A stretch of DNA of 64,000 nucleotides from the NCBI GenBank assembly GCA_038831915.1, contig JAWBKB010000006.1:17874-81873 (forward strand). The letters run 5' to 3'. A program made the position numbers and the translations under genes. Below are positions 47,590-57,519 of this stretch, one piece after another; position 1 is the first letter of the stretch; each line of letters starts with the position of its first letter. Below the pieces are notes generated by a model, which ran no database searches, was not told where the DNA came from, and worked only from the letters and a program-made list of their open reading frames with translations. Source of the stretch: Candidatus Caldarchaeum sp. (GTDB lineage: Archaea > Thermoproteota > Nitrososphaeria_A > Caldarchaeales > Caldarchaeaceae).

Positions 47590-48133
47590 GGCTTTTTACG
47601 CAGTCGAAGTCACCAATCAAGACGTCATACACAACTTGCTTGGTTTCCAAGATGAGTTGCTGAGGACTGGAGGTGCCGGCTTGAAGCCCGTTGAACGCGA
47701 AAATCTCCACATCACACTGCTATTTCTAGGCGAAATCGACGAAAACGCAGTCGCTCTAGCTTCAGAAGCTCTAAATTCAATCGAGTTAAAACCGTTTGAA
47801 GTCGAATTTAACGGAGCTGGATATTTCCCGGGCGGCGGCCGCATAAACGTTATTTGGGTTGGTGTCAAAACTGGCGCCGAAGAACTAAAAACCATTCACA
47901 CGTTTCTGAAGCGAAATCTTTCTCGCCTACGGTTAGAGGATGAGAAATTCGTGCCTCATCTAACGGTTTGCCGTGTGAAATTCATTCAGAACAAAAATTC
48001 TCTACTGCAGACAATTTCGAAAAACGCTGACAAGTATTTCGGCAAACAAAACGTTGAAAAGATTGTTCTGAAGAAAAGCGTACTGACTTCGACCGGGCCT
48101 GTTTACTCTGATTTGGCGGTGAAACATCTTTGA
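47582..48133 (+). CDS. thpR: RNA 2',3'-cyclic phosphodiesterase (2H family)
   Basis: Two HxT motifs (LHITLLFLG, PHLTVCR), RAF.AV, S.LT..GP.Y. Confidence 0.92.
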   Translation: MVRAFYAVEVTNQDVIHNLLGFQDELLRTGGAGLKPVERENLHITLLFLGEIDENAVALASEALNSIELKPFEVEFNGAGYFPGGGRINVIWVGVKTGAEELKTIHTFLKRNLSRLRLEDEKFVPHLTVCRVKFIQNKNSLLQTISKNADKYFGKQNVEKIVLKKSVLTSTGPVYSDLAVKHL

Positions 48134-49482
48134 CGAATTTGGATGATGTTTTGAAACAGGTAAGAGAGGAGCTTAGACCATTACCGGAAACGGTTGCCAA
48201 AACCGAGAACGTTGCCCAGCGTCTCGTGGCTCGTTTAGAGGCGGTTTTCGGAGCTGGAAAAGTCTCCTTGGAAGGTTCTTTGGCTAAACGAACCATGCTC
48301 AGGGGCAGGGAGGAAGCGGACATCTTCATACATTTTCGCAGCGATGTACCTGTTGACCAAGCCTGTAATCTTGTTGTGCAGGAAGGAGTTCAAGCAATTA
48401 AGGACGAAAACGGTGCGTATCGTTTGCGATATGCCAACCACCCCTACGTCGAAGGTTTTGTACAAGGAATTCGGGTCAACATAGTTCCATGCTACGATGC
48501 AGAATATGGAGGATGGGTTACACCAGTCGACCGGACTCCCCATCACACCCGCTACGTAAACCAGCACTTATCAGATGACCAAAGGGATGAAGTGAGGCTT
48601 CTAAAAGCGTTTCTCATAAACGACGGGCTCTATGGCGGTGAAATCAGGTTTCGCGGCTTCAGCGGCTACCTATGCGAACTCCTTATCATACATTTTAGCT
48701 CATTCAAACAACTGCTCCAACAGGTGTTGAAATGGAAACCACCTGTAGACCTCAGCCTCAACGGGGTTCACGATCAATCACCGTTAATTTTTCCAGACCC
48801 TGTAGACCCTAAGCGTAACGCCGCAGCAGCCGTCTCCCTAACATCCCTGTCTAACTTCATCATGAAAACAAAGCTTTTCCTGAAAAAGCCGTCGCGAAGC
48901 TATTTTTTCGACAAAACATCGTTGAAAAGCCTTGTGGAGGGGAGAAATTTTTTGATAGTTTTGTTTGATGTTCCCGACCAGCCTCCAGACGTATTATGGG
49001 GCGAGTTGAACAAAAGTATGCAGGGATTTGCTAAAAGCCTTGAAGTGTTTGGATTCAAAGTGATCAGGTCCGACCGATGGGTCGACAGCAGACGTGGAGT
49101 GTTTGCCTTTGAACTCGAAACATTATCTTTACCCCGAGTATTTGTCAACCGAGGGCCGCCTATATGGAGCGGCAACGCGGTTGATTTCATCGACGAACAA
49201 CTGAAAAAACCTGAGTTGCTGGCATATCCCTGGGTAATGAAAGACAGGCTCTATTCCTTGTTGGCTAGAAAACACGTCGACGCGACTGAGACCTTCAAAA
49301 TGCTTATCGACATGGACAAAGCATCTGTCTCTAAAAAGCTCAAACCACACCTAAAGCGTGCAAAAATATATTCTGACATCAAAGTTGCCGAAGCCGATTT
49401 ATTGGAGGAGGAGAAACTGTTTCTGGAAGATTTTGTGAGAGCATGTCCTCATTACGTGGGTCACTACGTTTCATTGAGCTAA
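48130..49482 (+). CDS. cca: archaeal class I CCA-adding enzyme
   Basis: GSLAKRT.L.G..EADIF, YANHPYV, VDRTPHH, EVRLLK.F, GFSGYLCELL, DPVDP.RN. Confidence 0.95.
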   Translation: MTNLDDVLKQVREELRPLPETVAKTENVAQRLVARLEAVFGAGKVSLEGSLAKRTMLRGREEADIFIHFRSDVPVDQACNLVVQEGVQAIKDENGAYRLRYANHPYVEGFVQGIRVNIVPCYDAEYGGWVTPVDRTPHHTRYVNQHLSDDQRDEVRLLKAFLINDGLYGGEIRFRGFSGYLCELLIIHFSSFKQLLQQVLKWKPPVDLSLNGVHDQSPLIFPDPVDPKRNAAAAVSLTSLSNFIMKTKLFLKKPSRSYFFDKTSLKSLVEGRNFLIVLFDVPDQPPDVLWGELNKSMQGFAKSLEVFGFKVIRSDRWVDSRRGVFAFELETLSLPRVFVNRGPPIWSGNAVDFIDEQLKKPELLAYPWVMKDRLYSLLARKHVDATETFKMLIDMDKASVSKKLKPHLKRAKIYSDIKVAEADLLEEEKLFLEDFVRACPHYVGHYVSLS

Positions 49483-50210
49483 CATCTTTGACGTCTATCG
49501 GTGGTGCGTTAGACCTTTCGAAGATGGCTTACCCATCAGGCGACCAGCGGAGGATAGACGAAATTCTCTTGGAGCTGCGGCGAAACAAGGTGTCGCACAT
49601 CGCCTTGACCGAAGCAGGTGCGAATTATACGCCGGTTCTTATCGGTAAAGGCGTTCGAGGGATGGTTTTCCTCGGCCTCTTAGACAACCAACCCGTCGCC
49701 TTGAAAATCCTACGCACCGATTCCCCCGCCAAAAACATGCACCACGAAGCCAAATGCCTCCTCAAGGCTAATGAATTAGGTGTCGGGCCAACACTGTACA
49801 GTTGGTCGCCTAACATCATTGTGATGGAATACATTAAGGGAGAGAATTTCGATTCCTTCTTAGCCACAGAGGATGTCAAAGCGGTTGAAAACGTATTGGA
49901 ACAGGTGTTTCAACAAGCCTATATCCTCGACCAAGCCCATCTCGACCATGGTCAGCTGACCAATGCATCAGACCACGTGATCATAAGGACAGATAGCAAA
50001 CCGGTGATCATAGATTTCAGCTGTTCATCCCAGATCCGCAAACCCAAAAACGTGACAGCGTTGTCTTCATATCTTCAGCGGACCTTGTTCCCAGATCAGC
50101 TAAAGGATCAGGAACTCTTGACGAAGTTAAAGAGATATAAAATTTCTCCTTCGGTCGAAACTTTTTCTGAGCTTATGGACGTCTTTAAAAATCGTTTGAG
50201 AAAGCGGTAA
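49443..50210 (+). CDS. archaeal Ser/Thr kinase-like protein (COG2112 type)
   Basis: IGKGVRGMV, VALKILR.DS, EA, VGP.L, MEYI.G, LDHGQL, IIDF. Start uncertain. Confidence 0.8.
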   Translation: MSSLRGSLRFIELTSLTSIGGALDLSKMAYPSGDQRRIDEILLELRRNKVSHIALTEAGANYTPVLIGKGVRGMVFLGLLDNQPVALKILRTDSPAKNMHHEAKCLLKANELGVGPTLYSWSPNIIVMEYIKGENFDSFLATEDVKAVENVLEQVFQQAYILDQAHLDHGQLTNASDHVIIRTDSKPVIIDFSCSSQIRKPKNVTALSSYLQRTLFPDQLKDQELLTKLKRYKISPSVETFSELMDVFKNRLRKR

Positions 50211-50242
50211 ATTCTTTTAAAGAGAAGCATGGTTGCGATGCC

Positions 50243-51631
50243 ATGGTTGGCGGTTCGGACATCGCTGACTTGGCTGAGTTACTCGGAGTGGGAAAAATGT
50301 TCACCGATGTTGAAACCTTGAACAAATATTCGAACGATATGGGTGGTTTTTCTCGCAGACCTTCAGCAGTTGTCAAAGCGACCTGCGTGGATGATGTTTC
50401 AAAAGTTCTCAGGTTTTGTAACGAGAGGAAAATTTCAGTGACAGCTTGGGGAGCTGGTTCAAGCTTGACGGGGGCTGCTGTATCCGATGGCATCATACTC
50501 GATGTTTCCAACATGAACCGAATTCTGAAAATCGACACTGTCAACTACTATGCACACGTGGAAGCCGGCGTGGTACTCGACCAGTTAAACAACGAGCTCA
50601 AACAGCACGGCTTCTTTTTTCCACCAGACCCAGCTAGCAGTTTCCTCTGCACCGTCGGCGGTGCAGTCGCTGAAGGGGCGGGCGGTTTACGCTGCGTTAA
50701 ATACGGTACAGTGAAGGATTGGGTTCTCGCGGTAAAAGTTGTACTTGCTTCGGGTGATGTGGTTGTTTTCGGCGAGCCTTTGGCGAAGAATCGTGCTGGA
50801 TACAACCTTGTTCAGCTGATGGTTGGAAGCGAAGGAACACTTGGAGTGATAGTTGAAGCATGGCTCAAAATTGCTCCCATACCCGATGTGAAAGTTCACC
50901 GAATCTACGCAGTTTTTGACGATTGGAGAAAAGCAGGCGAAACCATCATCGAGATTAGGCGAAACAGGCTAATTCTCAGGATGCTTGAATTTTTTGACCG
51001 CATAGGTCTTGAGGCGGCCAACAAAATGCATGGGACCAATCTACCCGCAGGAGAAGCCATGTTACTGATGGACATCGAAGGAATAAGCGGAAAAGAGAAG
51101 GAGATAGTGACATCCATTCTAAAAGAAAATGATGCGAAAATTATCAAAATCGCGGAAACCGAAGAAGAGGCCGAACAACTTCTACAAATACGGGCCACCA
51201 TGTATCTCGCGATAAGACTTCTCGCGAAAGCAGTTTTCGTCGAAGATGTCTGCGTACCCATTCACAGGATAGTTGACTATTTGGAGAAGGTTAAGCAGCT
51301 TTCGTCAAAATATGGTTTAACGATTTCGATGAACGGCCACGCAGGTGACGGGAACATTCATCCAGTCATTTTTTACGACCCCGACAACGAAGATGATGTG
51401 AGGAAAGCTGAAGAAGCAGTGGATGAACTCGTCGAATTCGCTGTTCAAGTGGGCGGAACTGTGACTGGAGAACATGGTGTTGGGCTCCAAAAGAGGAAAG
51501 ACTTGGTCAAGCAACTTGCCGCACACAATGGGCTGCAAACGCTTCGTTTAATGCAACAAATAAAAAAGGTCTTCGACCCAAACAACATACTTAATCCGGG
51601 CAAATACGTTGATATTCCGTGGACGCCGTAG
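50243..51631 (+). CDS. FAD-linked oxidase, GlcD/D-lactate dehydrogenase family
   Basis: GAGSSLTG, PPDPAS...TVGG, KYG, GSEGTLG, GHAGDGNIH, TGEHGVG, DP.NILNPGK. Confidence 0.92.
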   Translation: MVGGSDIADLAELLGVGKMFTDVETLNKYSNDMGGFSRRPSAVVKATCVDDVSKVLRFCNERKISVTAWGAGSSLTGAAVSDGIILDVSNMNRILKIDTVNYYAHVEAGVVLDQLNNELKQHGFFFPPDPASSFLCTVGGAVAEGAGGLRCVKYGTVKDWVLAVKVVLASGDVVVFGEPLAKNRAGYNLVQLMVGSEGTLGVIVEAWLKIAPIPDVKVHRIYAVFDDWRKAGETIIEIRRNRLILRMLEFFDRIGLEAANKMHGTNLPAGEAMLLMDIEGISGKEKEIVTSILKENDAKIIKIAETEEEAEQLLQIRATMYLAIRLLAKAVFVEDVCVPIHRIVDYLEKVKQLSSKYGLTISMNGHAGDGNIHPVIFYDPDNEDDVRKAEEAVDELVEFAVQVGGTVTGEHGVGLQKRKDLVKQLAAHNGLQTLRLMQQIKKVFDPNNILNPGKYVDIPWTP

Positions 51632-52518
51632 CGATTGACATCGGAGCAACCTACACCAGATTGGCCGTCGTCGATTCGAGAGGCGCCATTATTCGAAAAC
51701 TTGTATTTTCAACTCCCGCGACACAAAGGGAGATCAGTCAACAGCTGAAGAGAGCGTTTGAAATTCTTCACCGAAGCGGCGTATCAAAAAATACTCCAGT
51801 CGGAGCCGCGACAATAGGACCACTATCTCTTTCTGAAGGCAAGATTGTGAAGACACCAAACCTTGGCGGAATCGACATCGAGTTGAAAAAAATCGTGCAA
51901 AAATATCACAGAGGTGATTTTGTGATGCTAAATGACTGCACCGCAGCCGCATGGGCGGAGAAAAAATTCGGGCTCGGAAGAGATGTAAAAAACCTTGTAT
52001 ACATCACTTTGAGCACCGGCATAGGCGGCGGCGCCATCGTGGATAACCACTTGCTCATAGGCAAAGAGGGAAACGCGGTTGAAATAGGCCACATCGTCGT
52101 CGACGCTTTTTCATCAGTTAAGTGCGGATGTGGAGGTGTCGGTCACTGGGAAGCGCTGTGTTCTGGCACAGGTCTTCCTAAACTCGCTCATTCTATCCAC
52201 GGGAGAAAAATCTGGCGTTCTTCGCGTGAAATTTTTGAAGCCGCTAAACAGCGGGACAGAAGAGCAGTTGTTGTGCTGGAAAAAATGTCACTCTACAACG
52301 CGGCTGGACTCGCCTCGGTAATTAACTGTTTCGACCCTGAAATTGTATTGGTTGGCGGTGGGCTAGCCTTATCCCACCCATATGAAACTCTGTACAAACC
52401 TGTTAAAATTCTTGCGAAATACCGCATGCTTGATGCGAAAATTGAGCTTACATCACTACGTTCCGACGCTCCTCTTCTCGGCGCCGCGTCATACGCTATG
52501 AACCTTCACGAAAGCTAA
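51619..52518 (+). CDS. ROK family sugar kinase (glucokinase-like)
   Basis: IDIGAT, ND..AAA.AE, LSTGIGGG, EIGH, CGCG..GHWEA. Confidence 0.92.
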   Translation: MDAVAIDIGATYTRLAVVDSRGAIIRKLVFSTPATQREISQQLKRAFEILHRSGVSKNTPVGAATIGPLSLSEGKIVKTPNLGGIDIELKKIVQKYHRGDFVMLNDCTAAAWAEKKFGLGRDVKNLVYITLSTGIGGGAIVDNHLLIGKEGNAVEIGHIVVDAFSSVKCGCGGVGHWEALCSGTGLPKLAHSIHGRKIWRSSREIFEAAKQRDRRAVVVLEKMSLYNAAGLASVINCFDPEIVLVGGGLALSHPYETLYKPVKILAKYRMLDAKIELTSLRSDAPLLGAASYAMNLHES

Positions 52519-52544
52519 TATACCCTCGACATGCGAAAACACCT

Positions 52545-53048
52545 GTGAAAGCATTCGTTCTTGGAACGGTTGGAACCCGTAGCGGACTCATCGAAACATT
52601 ATCATCCCTCCGAACCGATAAAAACATTGAAGAAAGCTACCTGATCTGGGGTCCCTACGACGTTTTGTCCAAAGTCAACGCCGAATCACTCAAACATCTC
52701 AACAGCGTTCTTGACGCGATGCGCACCCACGGAGTAGTCGACACAAATACCTTGATAGTTAACGAAGGAGGGCTCTCGTTTGAGAAAGAAGGGGCATCAA
52801 GTAGAAGAAAATGCGCATACATCTTTATCAAAATGAGGCGGCCGTCCGCTCCTCGTCTCTGGGAGAAATATCTCATGTCTATCGACGAAATACTCGAAGG
52901 TCATGAACTATTTGGGATGTGGGACGTAGTTGTCAGCGTAGCCGAAGAAGCTCGGGAAGACTTTTTCAACAGAGTTTTCAAACGGCTCTGGCTGCTGACC
53001 GAGGTGAACATGACCTCCACCCATACCATGTTCACTGTAAAAGAATGA
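52545..53048 (+). CDS. tandem Lrp/AsnC ligand-binding (RAM) domain protein without HTH
   Basis: Two repeats: KAFVL..WGPYDVL..TNTLIV and AYIFI..FGMWDVV..THTM. Confidence 0.75.
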   Translation: MKAFVLGTVGTRSGLIETLSSLRTDKNIEESYLIWGPYDVLSKVNAESLKHLNSVLDAMRTHGVVDTNTLIVNEGGLSFEKEGASSRRKCAYIFIKMRRPSAPRLWEKYLMSIDEILEGHELFGMWDVVVSVAEEAREDFFNRVFKRLWLLTEVNMTSTHTMFTVKE

Positions 53049-53091
53049 CGTAGTCACGGTTAAAATAAGAGTTAGCAAACTGGGCCCAAAG

Positions 53092-53574
53092 ATGTTTGGA
53101 ATGCGTGAATTCATGCGCCGAGTGCCGCAGTGCGTCACAGTGGTTACCACCGTGGCAAACGGGAAGCCTCACGGCATGACGGTCAGCAGCTTTACATCGG
53201 TGACCTTAGACCCTCCCACAATCCTCATAGTGTTGGAGAAAACCACGCAAACGTGTAAAACGGTTTTGACATCGCATAGTTTCTGCGTAAACCTTCTTTC
53301 CGAAAAACAGTCACATGTATCGGATGTTTTTGCCTATGTTCCGCATGAACAACGTTTCGAAAGGATCAACTACCACATCGAATCAGGGAAATATCCAGTA
53401 ATTGACGGCTCGATTGGGGCGCTTTTCTGCGATGTAAAGGAAAGCTTTGAAATGTCGACTCACCAAATCATCCTCGGCACTGTAAAAGATGTCAAAATAT
53501 TTTCGGACGAGCAACCTCTGATTTATTTGCAGAGACAATATCACAGGCCGGTGAAAGTTACGGAGACAGCCTAA
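53092..53574 (+). CDS. flavin reductase-like protein
   Basis: VTVVTT..PHGMTVSSFTSV.LDPP, F.VNLL, H.I..G.V, PLIY. Confidence 0.9.
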   Translation: MFGMREFMRRVPQCVTVVTTVANGKPHGMTVSSFTSVTLDPPTILIVLEKTTQTCKTVLTSHSFCVNLLSEKQSHVSDVFAYVPHEQRFERINYHIESGKYPVIDGSIGALFCDVKESFEMSTHQIILGTVKDVKIFSDEQPLIYLQRQYHRPVKVTETA

Positions 53575-54889
53575 ATCTGTCGCGTGGAAACAGCACAGTC
53601 TCCCGAATGTTAGTACGCCTCGTCAAAACCATCAAAAACCTTTCAAACCCTAAACCCCATCCAGCGTGAACAGGCATACCGTACCGGAAGACTTTCAGAT
53701 GATCTTCGAACATGGCGGGGTTTAGGCCTTTCTCGACCAGCTTTTTCATCAAGACATCGTAGTCGGATACACGTGTCCCGCCTGAAGCTAGTTCCAGCCA
53801 CTGAAACATGAAGTCAAAAGACTCTGAGACAGCAGGGTTGTCATGGCTTCCTTCGATGTAGAACGGCTTGATCGCTGATGGAAAATGAGTTATCCAATAA
53901 TAGCTTGTGAATTTTTTTCCGAGTTTTCGGAGATGTGGTGTGCCGAAGTCTTCGCCCCAGTTTATGGGTTCACCTTCTTTCCTCAGAAATTCAAGAGCTT
54001 CGTCGTAAGTTATGCGTGGAAAAGGCGGTTTAGGTGTTTTAAGCGTGACTCCAAGCTGTTTTAGATGTTGCTCACATTTCTCCCGAAGCCTATTATGCAC
54101 ATAAACGACAGCTTCCTCCAGCACCTGCATAACATCCTCCATGTCGGCGAACGCTTGCTCAATGTCAACTGACGTAAATTCGCTGATGTGCCGTCGAGTA
54201 TGTGATTCCTCAGCGCGGAAATAAGGCCCTATTTCGAAAACTTTCTCAAACACCGTGGTCAGCTGTTCTTTGTAGAGCTGCGGGCTTTGAGCTAGATAAG
54301 CCGAACGGTCGAAGTACTTGACTTCGAAAAGGTCCGCACCTCCTTCTGTAGCGGTGCCGATGATTTTAGGCGTTCTTACCTCGATGAATCCTTTCTCATA
54401 GAAGAAGTCTCGGAGCGCTTTTAAAACTTCGCTTCCAACAATGAAAATATTTTTGACTTCAGGCTTGCGTAGGTCAAGTATTCTATATCGAAGTCTCACG
54501 TCCATGCCGGCTTTGACTTTTCCGGTGGGGTCGAACTCCAGCTTGGGAACGGCTTTCGAGAGAACTTCAATCTCATCGGCCACGACTTCTACGCCAAGCC
54601 TTGACTTGGGTTGTTTAACTACGACGCCACATACACAGATGACTGATTCGTTCGTCAACTCGTGGACAGCGGATTTCACGGTTTCTGCCAATTCATCCAT
54701 CCTGAAAACGATTTGACAAATTCCAGAAACATCCCGTAAAACCACGAAAACAAGCTTACCAAGATCCCTAATTTCATGAACCCATCCGAACAAGCTGACC
54801 CGTCGCCCATCGAGCTCGGGAACAACATCTCTAGCCGTTACACGGTTCTTCAGATGCTGCCTGATTGTCGGCTCCAGCAACACAGTCAC
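53558..54889 (-). CDS. aspS: aspartate--tRNA ligase (archaeal type)
   Basis: GWVHEIRDLG, RILDLR, TEGGA, YLAQSPQLYKE, FRAEES.T.RH, ELASGG.R, H.GWGLGFER, FPRD. Confidence 0.96.
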   Translation of the reverse strand: MTVLLEPTIRQHLKNRVTARDVVPELDGRRVSLFGWVHEIRDLGKLVFVVLRDVSGICQIVFRMDELAETVKSAVHELTNESVICVCGVVVKQPKSRLGVEVVADEIEVLSKAVPKLEFDPTGKVKAGMDVRLRYRILDLRKPEVKNIFIVGSEVLKALRDFFYEKGFIEVRTPKIIGTATEGGADLFEVKYFDRSAYLAQSPQLYKEQLTTVFEKVFEIGPYFRAEESHTRRHISEFTSVDIEQAFADMEDVMQVLEEAVVYVHNRLREKCEQHLKQLGVTLKTPKPPFPRITYDEALEFLRKEGEPINWGEDFGTPHLRKLGKKFTSYYWITHFPSAIKPFYIEGSHDNPAVSESFDFMFQWLELASGGTRVSDYDVLMKKLVEKGLNPAMFEDHLKVFRYGMPVHAGWGLGFERFLMVLTRRTNIRETVLFPRDRFRLSP

Positions 54890-55434
54890 CCCACTGAACG
54901 CGTGTAAGGTTGACGAACTTTTCTCTGAAAATCAAAGCTCACGGACAAATTCATCATTTTTTTCACAACTTCCGACAGAACCGATGACGGCGCCGTCAAA
55001 AGCTTTTCATCATCCACCAAAACCCTAAGTTCGGTCGTCTGGTCCGGTAACCAGACCTTGTTAACGGTCAAAACCCGTGCGGGAGCAACCAAATTCTGGA
55101 GAAACGCGTTCAAATCTTTCCGAATCTCCAGCAAACGTACCTTTAAACCGGTCTTCTCAGACAAGGCATTTCTCAACTCTGCTTCTACAGATTTTGACAG
55201 TGAGGAAAGACTTCTATCGATGAAAAAAACAAACAAGTATGGAGCGATTTTAAGAGTTCTATAATAAACGAGAGAAGAAAGTTGAGGGAACTTTTTCTCG
55301 AGGTCGACCAGCAGCCGCATTATTTCGAGGTCGTCTGAAGTGAGCTCTCCTTCGCGGATTTTCCGCTCGCATTTGCTGCAGAGGACACCGGTTCTGAGGT
55401 CGAAGATACACACTGGGAACTCCAACGCACGCAC
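54886..55434 (-). CDS. NusA-like KH-domain protein (archaeal, CxxD..LCxxC type)
   Basis: PVCIFDLRTGVLCSKC, L.APARVL.VN.VWLPD. Confidence 0.75.
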   Translation of the reverse strand: MRALEFPVCIFDLRTGVLCSKCERKIREGELTSDDLEIMRLLVDLEKKFPQLSSLVYYRTLKIAPYLFVFFIDRSLSSLSKSVEAELRNALSEKTGLKVRLLEIRKDLNAFLQNLVAPARVLTVNKVWLPDQTTELRVLVDDEKLLTAPSSVLSEVVKKMMNLSVSFDFQRKVRQPYTRSVG

Positions 55435-55455
55435 CTAACGAGCATCTGCAGCCCC

Positions 55456-55740
55456 TCACGAGGCTCCGAGCACGATTTCGATGGTGCTAACGTTCACTGT
55501 TCTGTTTTGCTCGTCTGTTATCTTTTCAGTTCCGAGCCGGATGTCCTTCACAACGATGTTCGTAAGGAAACGGTTCTTTACTATTTGTACGACGTCAACA
55601 GCTCTGCTGATAGCTTTGCCTCTGGCTTTGACCACGATTTCCTTCGAACCGCTTTGGAAGCCCGTTAGACACGCCAGCACATAGCTCATCGCAGGTTTTT
55701 TGCCGACCAAAACAGTTGGAGTAATCTGTTTCTCCGCCAT
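55456..55740 (-). CDS. albA: chromatin protein Alba
   Basis: [35 protein letters not shown]. Confidence 0.97.
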   Translation of the reverse strand: MAEKQITPTVLVGKKPAMSYVLACLTGFQSGSKEIVVKARGKAISRAVDVVQIVKNRFLTNIVVKDIRLGTEKITDEQNRTVNVSTIEIVLGAS

Positions 55741-55862
55741 CTAGACCACCTTTTCACCGCTACGGCTGACCATACATCTTTAGTGCAATAAATAGATTAC
55801 CTACCGAACTCGAATCACGGCATCACCACCTATAAATACGCCGAAACAAAACCACAACAGGT

Positions 55863-56024
55863 ATGCCGATCAGGGACCCAGCTCTACTACAGCTTGCACA
55901 AAGCAAACGGCTACTGGTCAAAATCTGCAGAGAATGCGGAGCGCGTAATGCTAAAACAGCGGTTAAATGCCGCAAATGCCGAAGCTATAACCTCCGCTGG
56001 AAGAGACGAGAAATCAAACGCTAA
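55863..56024 (+). CDS. rpl40e: 50S ribosomal protein L40e (53 aa, not in the ORF track)
   Basis: MPIRDPALLQLAQSKRLLVKICRECGARNAKTAVKCRKCRSYNLRWKRREIKR*. Confidence 0.95.
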   Translation: MPIRDPALLQLAQSKRLLVKICRECGARNAKTAVKCRKCRSYNLRWKRREIKR

Positions 56025-56033
56025 GCTGCTGAC

Positions 56034-56107
56034 GGGCCGGTGGTCTAGCCTGGTAGGACGCTGCCCTTACAAGGCAGAGGTCGGCGGTTCAAGTCCGCCC
56101 CGGCCCA
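56034..56107 (+). tRNA. tRNA-Val(TAC), intronless
   Basis: GGGCCGG..CCGGCCC-A, anticodon arm CTGCC-CTTACAA-GGCAG, T-arm GGCGG-TTCAAGT-CCGCC. Confidence 0.95.
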
Positions 56108-56153
56108 TCTCGCTATATTTATTACGGGGCGGCTGAACCTTCGAGTGGACGAC

Positions 56154-56270
56154 ATGACCGTTGAGCAATTTGTCGATTTGTTGTTCGGTTCTTCCTACTG
56201 GTTTATCGTCGCCGGCTTTATCATCGTCGCTTTCTACGCAGTTTATAGTCGTTTGAAGGCTACGGAATGA
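56154..56270 (+). CDS. small single-TM protein (38 aa), not in the ORF track
   Basis: MTVEQFVDLLFGSSYWFIVAGFIIVAFYAVYSRLKATE*, with an ATGA overlap with the priS start. Confidence 0.55.
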   Translation: MTVEQFVDLLFGSSYWFIVAGFIIVAFYAVYSRLKATE

Positions 56271-57493
56271 GCTTCAGAACAGCAGGCGACGCACAACTCG
56301 TTCAGCAATTCTTCAAGCTTTTTTACGAAAGAAACTATGTTAACCCTTTTATTCCTTCAAAAATGGAGAAACGCGAATTCGGATACACTCCATTCGGCCA
56401 AAAAATCATGGTAAGACATCTTTCATTTCGCAATTTTGACGAATTGCACAAAACGTTGGTGAAGGAAGCACCGCTACACGTCTACAGGTCTGCCGCTATC
56501 TATCAATATCCCGAAGCACCGATGGAGGAGAAAGGATGGCTGGGGGCTGAATTGATCTTCGACATCGACGCCGACCATCTTAACACGTCCTGCAAGCAAA
56601 CCCACGATTATTTCATATGTGTTTCATGTAGCACCCGCTTTTCCGACAAAACTTCGAAATGTCAACAATGCGGCCGCGAAGTCCTTGAAGTCAGCCTCGT
56701 CTGTGAAACTTGTTTGAACACAACGAAACAGGAGATGATGAAACTCATCGATTTTATGGAAAATGACATAGGATTGAATGAATTCACTTTAAGTTTCTCA
56801 GGTAATCGTGGCTATCATTTGGCGATACCCGCTGATGACGTTCTCGAACTAGAACGTGCCGCTAGACAGGAAATAGTTGATTACGTCACCGGAAACACCA
56901 TGGACTTTCGTATGCACGGTCTTCTCACCGGTTTCGACAATTCTTCACCGGGTTATTCCGATCCCGGCTGGCGGGGAAGGGCAACACGAGAAATCAAAAA
57001 CATCTTGCTAAGACTCGTTGAACAGGACAACCTCGTGATTGAAAAAATTGGGAAGTCGTTGACGCCGCGTTACCTTAAAAATTTGCAAACTGTCGCCGCT
57101 TACTGGTCTACTCAACCTAGGTGGGATTTGATACAGAGGCCTCAAGATTTCGCGCATTTTGTGGCCCTTGCAGTTGAAAACCTCGCTGCGCATATTGACA
57201 CAGTTGTGACGACTGATGTTCACCGCCTTCTACGCCTCGCTGACACGTTAAACGGAAAAACAGGCCTCAAAGCAGCAATAATAGACCCGAATGATTTAGA
57301 AAGCTTTGACCCTTTAACCGACACCGTTGTTCTACCCGAAGAACCTATGCTGAAGGTCAAAATCATACATTCGCCCCGCATAACCCTCAAACAAACACAA
57401 TATGGACCGTTTACCCATGAGGTTGTGAAGCTACCGGCCTACGCCGCTGTGTTTTTCGCCTGTAAAGGGCTGGCGACGACGATTAATGAATAA
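56267..57493 (+). CDS. priS: DNA primase small (catalytic) subunit
   Basis: KREFG, GAELIFDIDADHL, FSGNRGYHL, IDTVVT.D.HRLLR..TLNGKTGL. Confidence 0.95.
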   Translation: MSFRTAGDAQLVQQFFKLFYERNYVNPFIPSKMEKREFGYTPFGQKIMVRHLSFRNFDELHKTLVKEAPLHVYRSAAIYQYPEAPMEEKGWLGAELIFDIDADHLNTSCKQTHDYFICVSCSTRFSDKTSKCQQCGREVLEVSLVCETCLNTTKQEMMKLIDFMENDIGLNEFTLSFSGNRGYHLAIPADDVLELERAARQEIVDYVTGNTMDFRMHGLLTGFDNSSPGYSDPGWRGRATREIKNILLRLVEQDNLVIEKIGKSLTPRYLKNLQTVAAYWSTQPRWDLIQRPQDFAHFVALAVENLAAHIDTVVTTDVHRLLRLADTLNGKTGLKAAIIDPNDLESFDPLTDTVVLPEEPMLKVKIIHSPRITLKQTQYGPFTHEVVKLPAYAAVFFACKGLATTINE

Positions 57494-57519
57494 AACTCGG
57501 TCAACTAAGGTGATCACAG

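Noticed and set aside
55894-56136. 80-aa ORF in the track
   Set aside because: It is an out-of-frame overlap of rpl40e and tRNA-Val.
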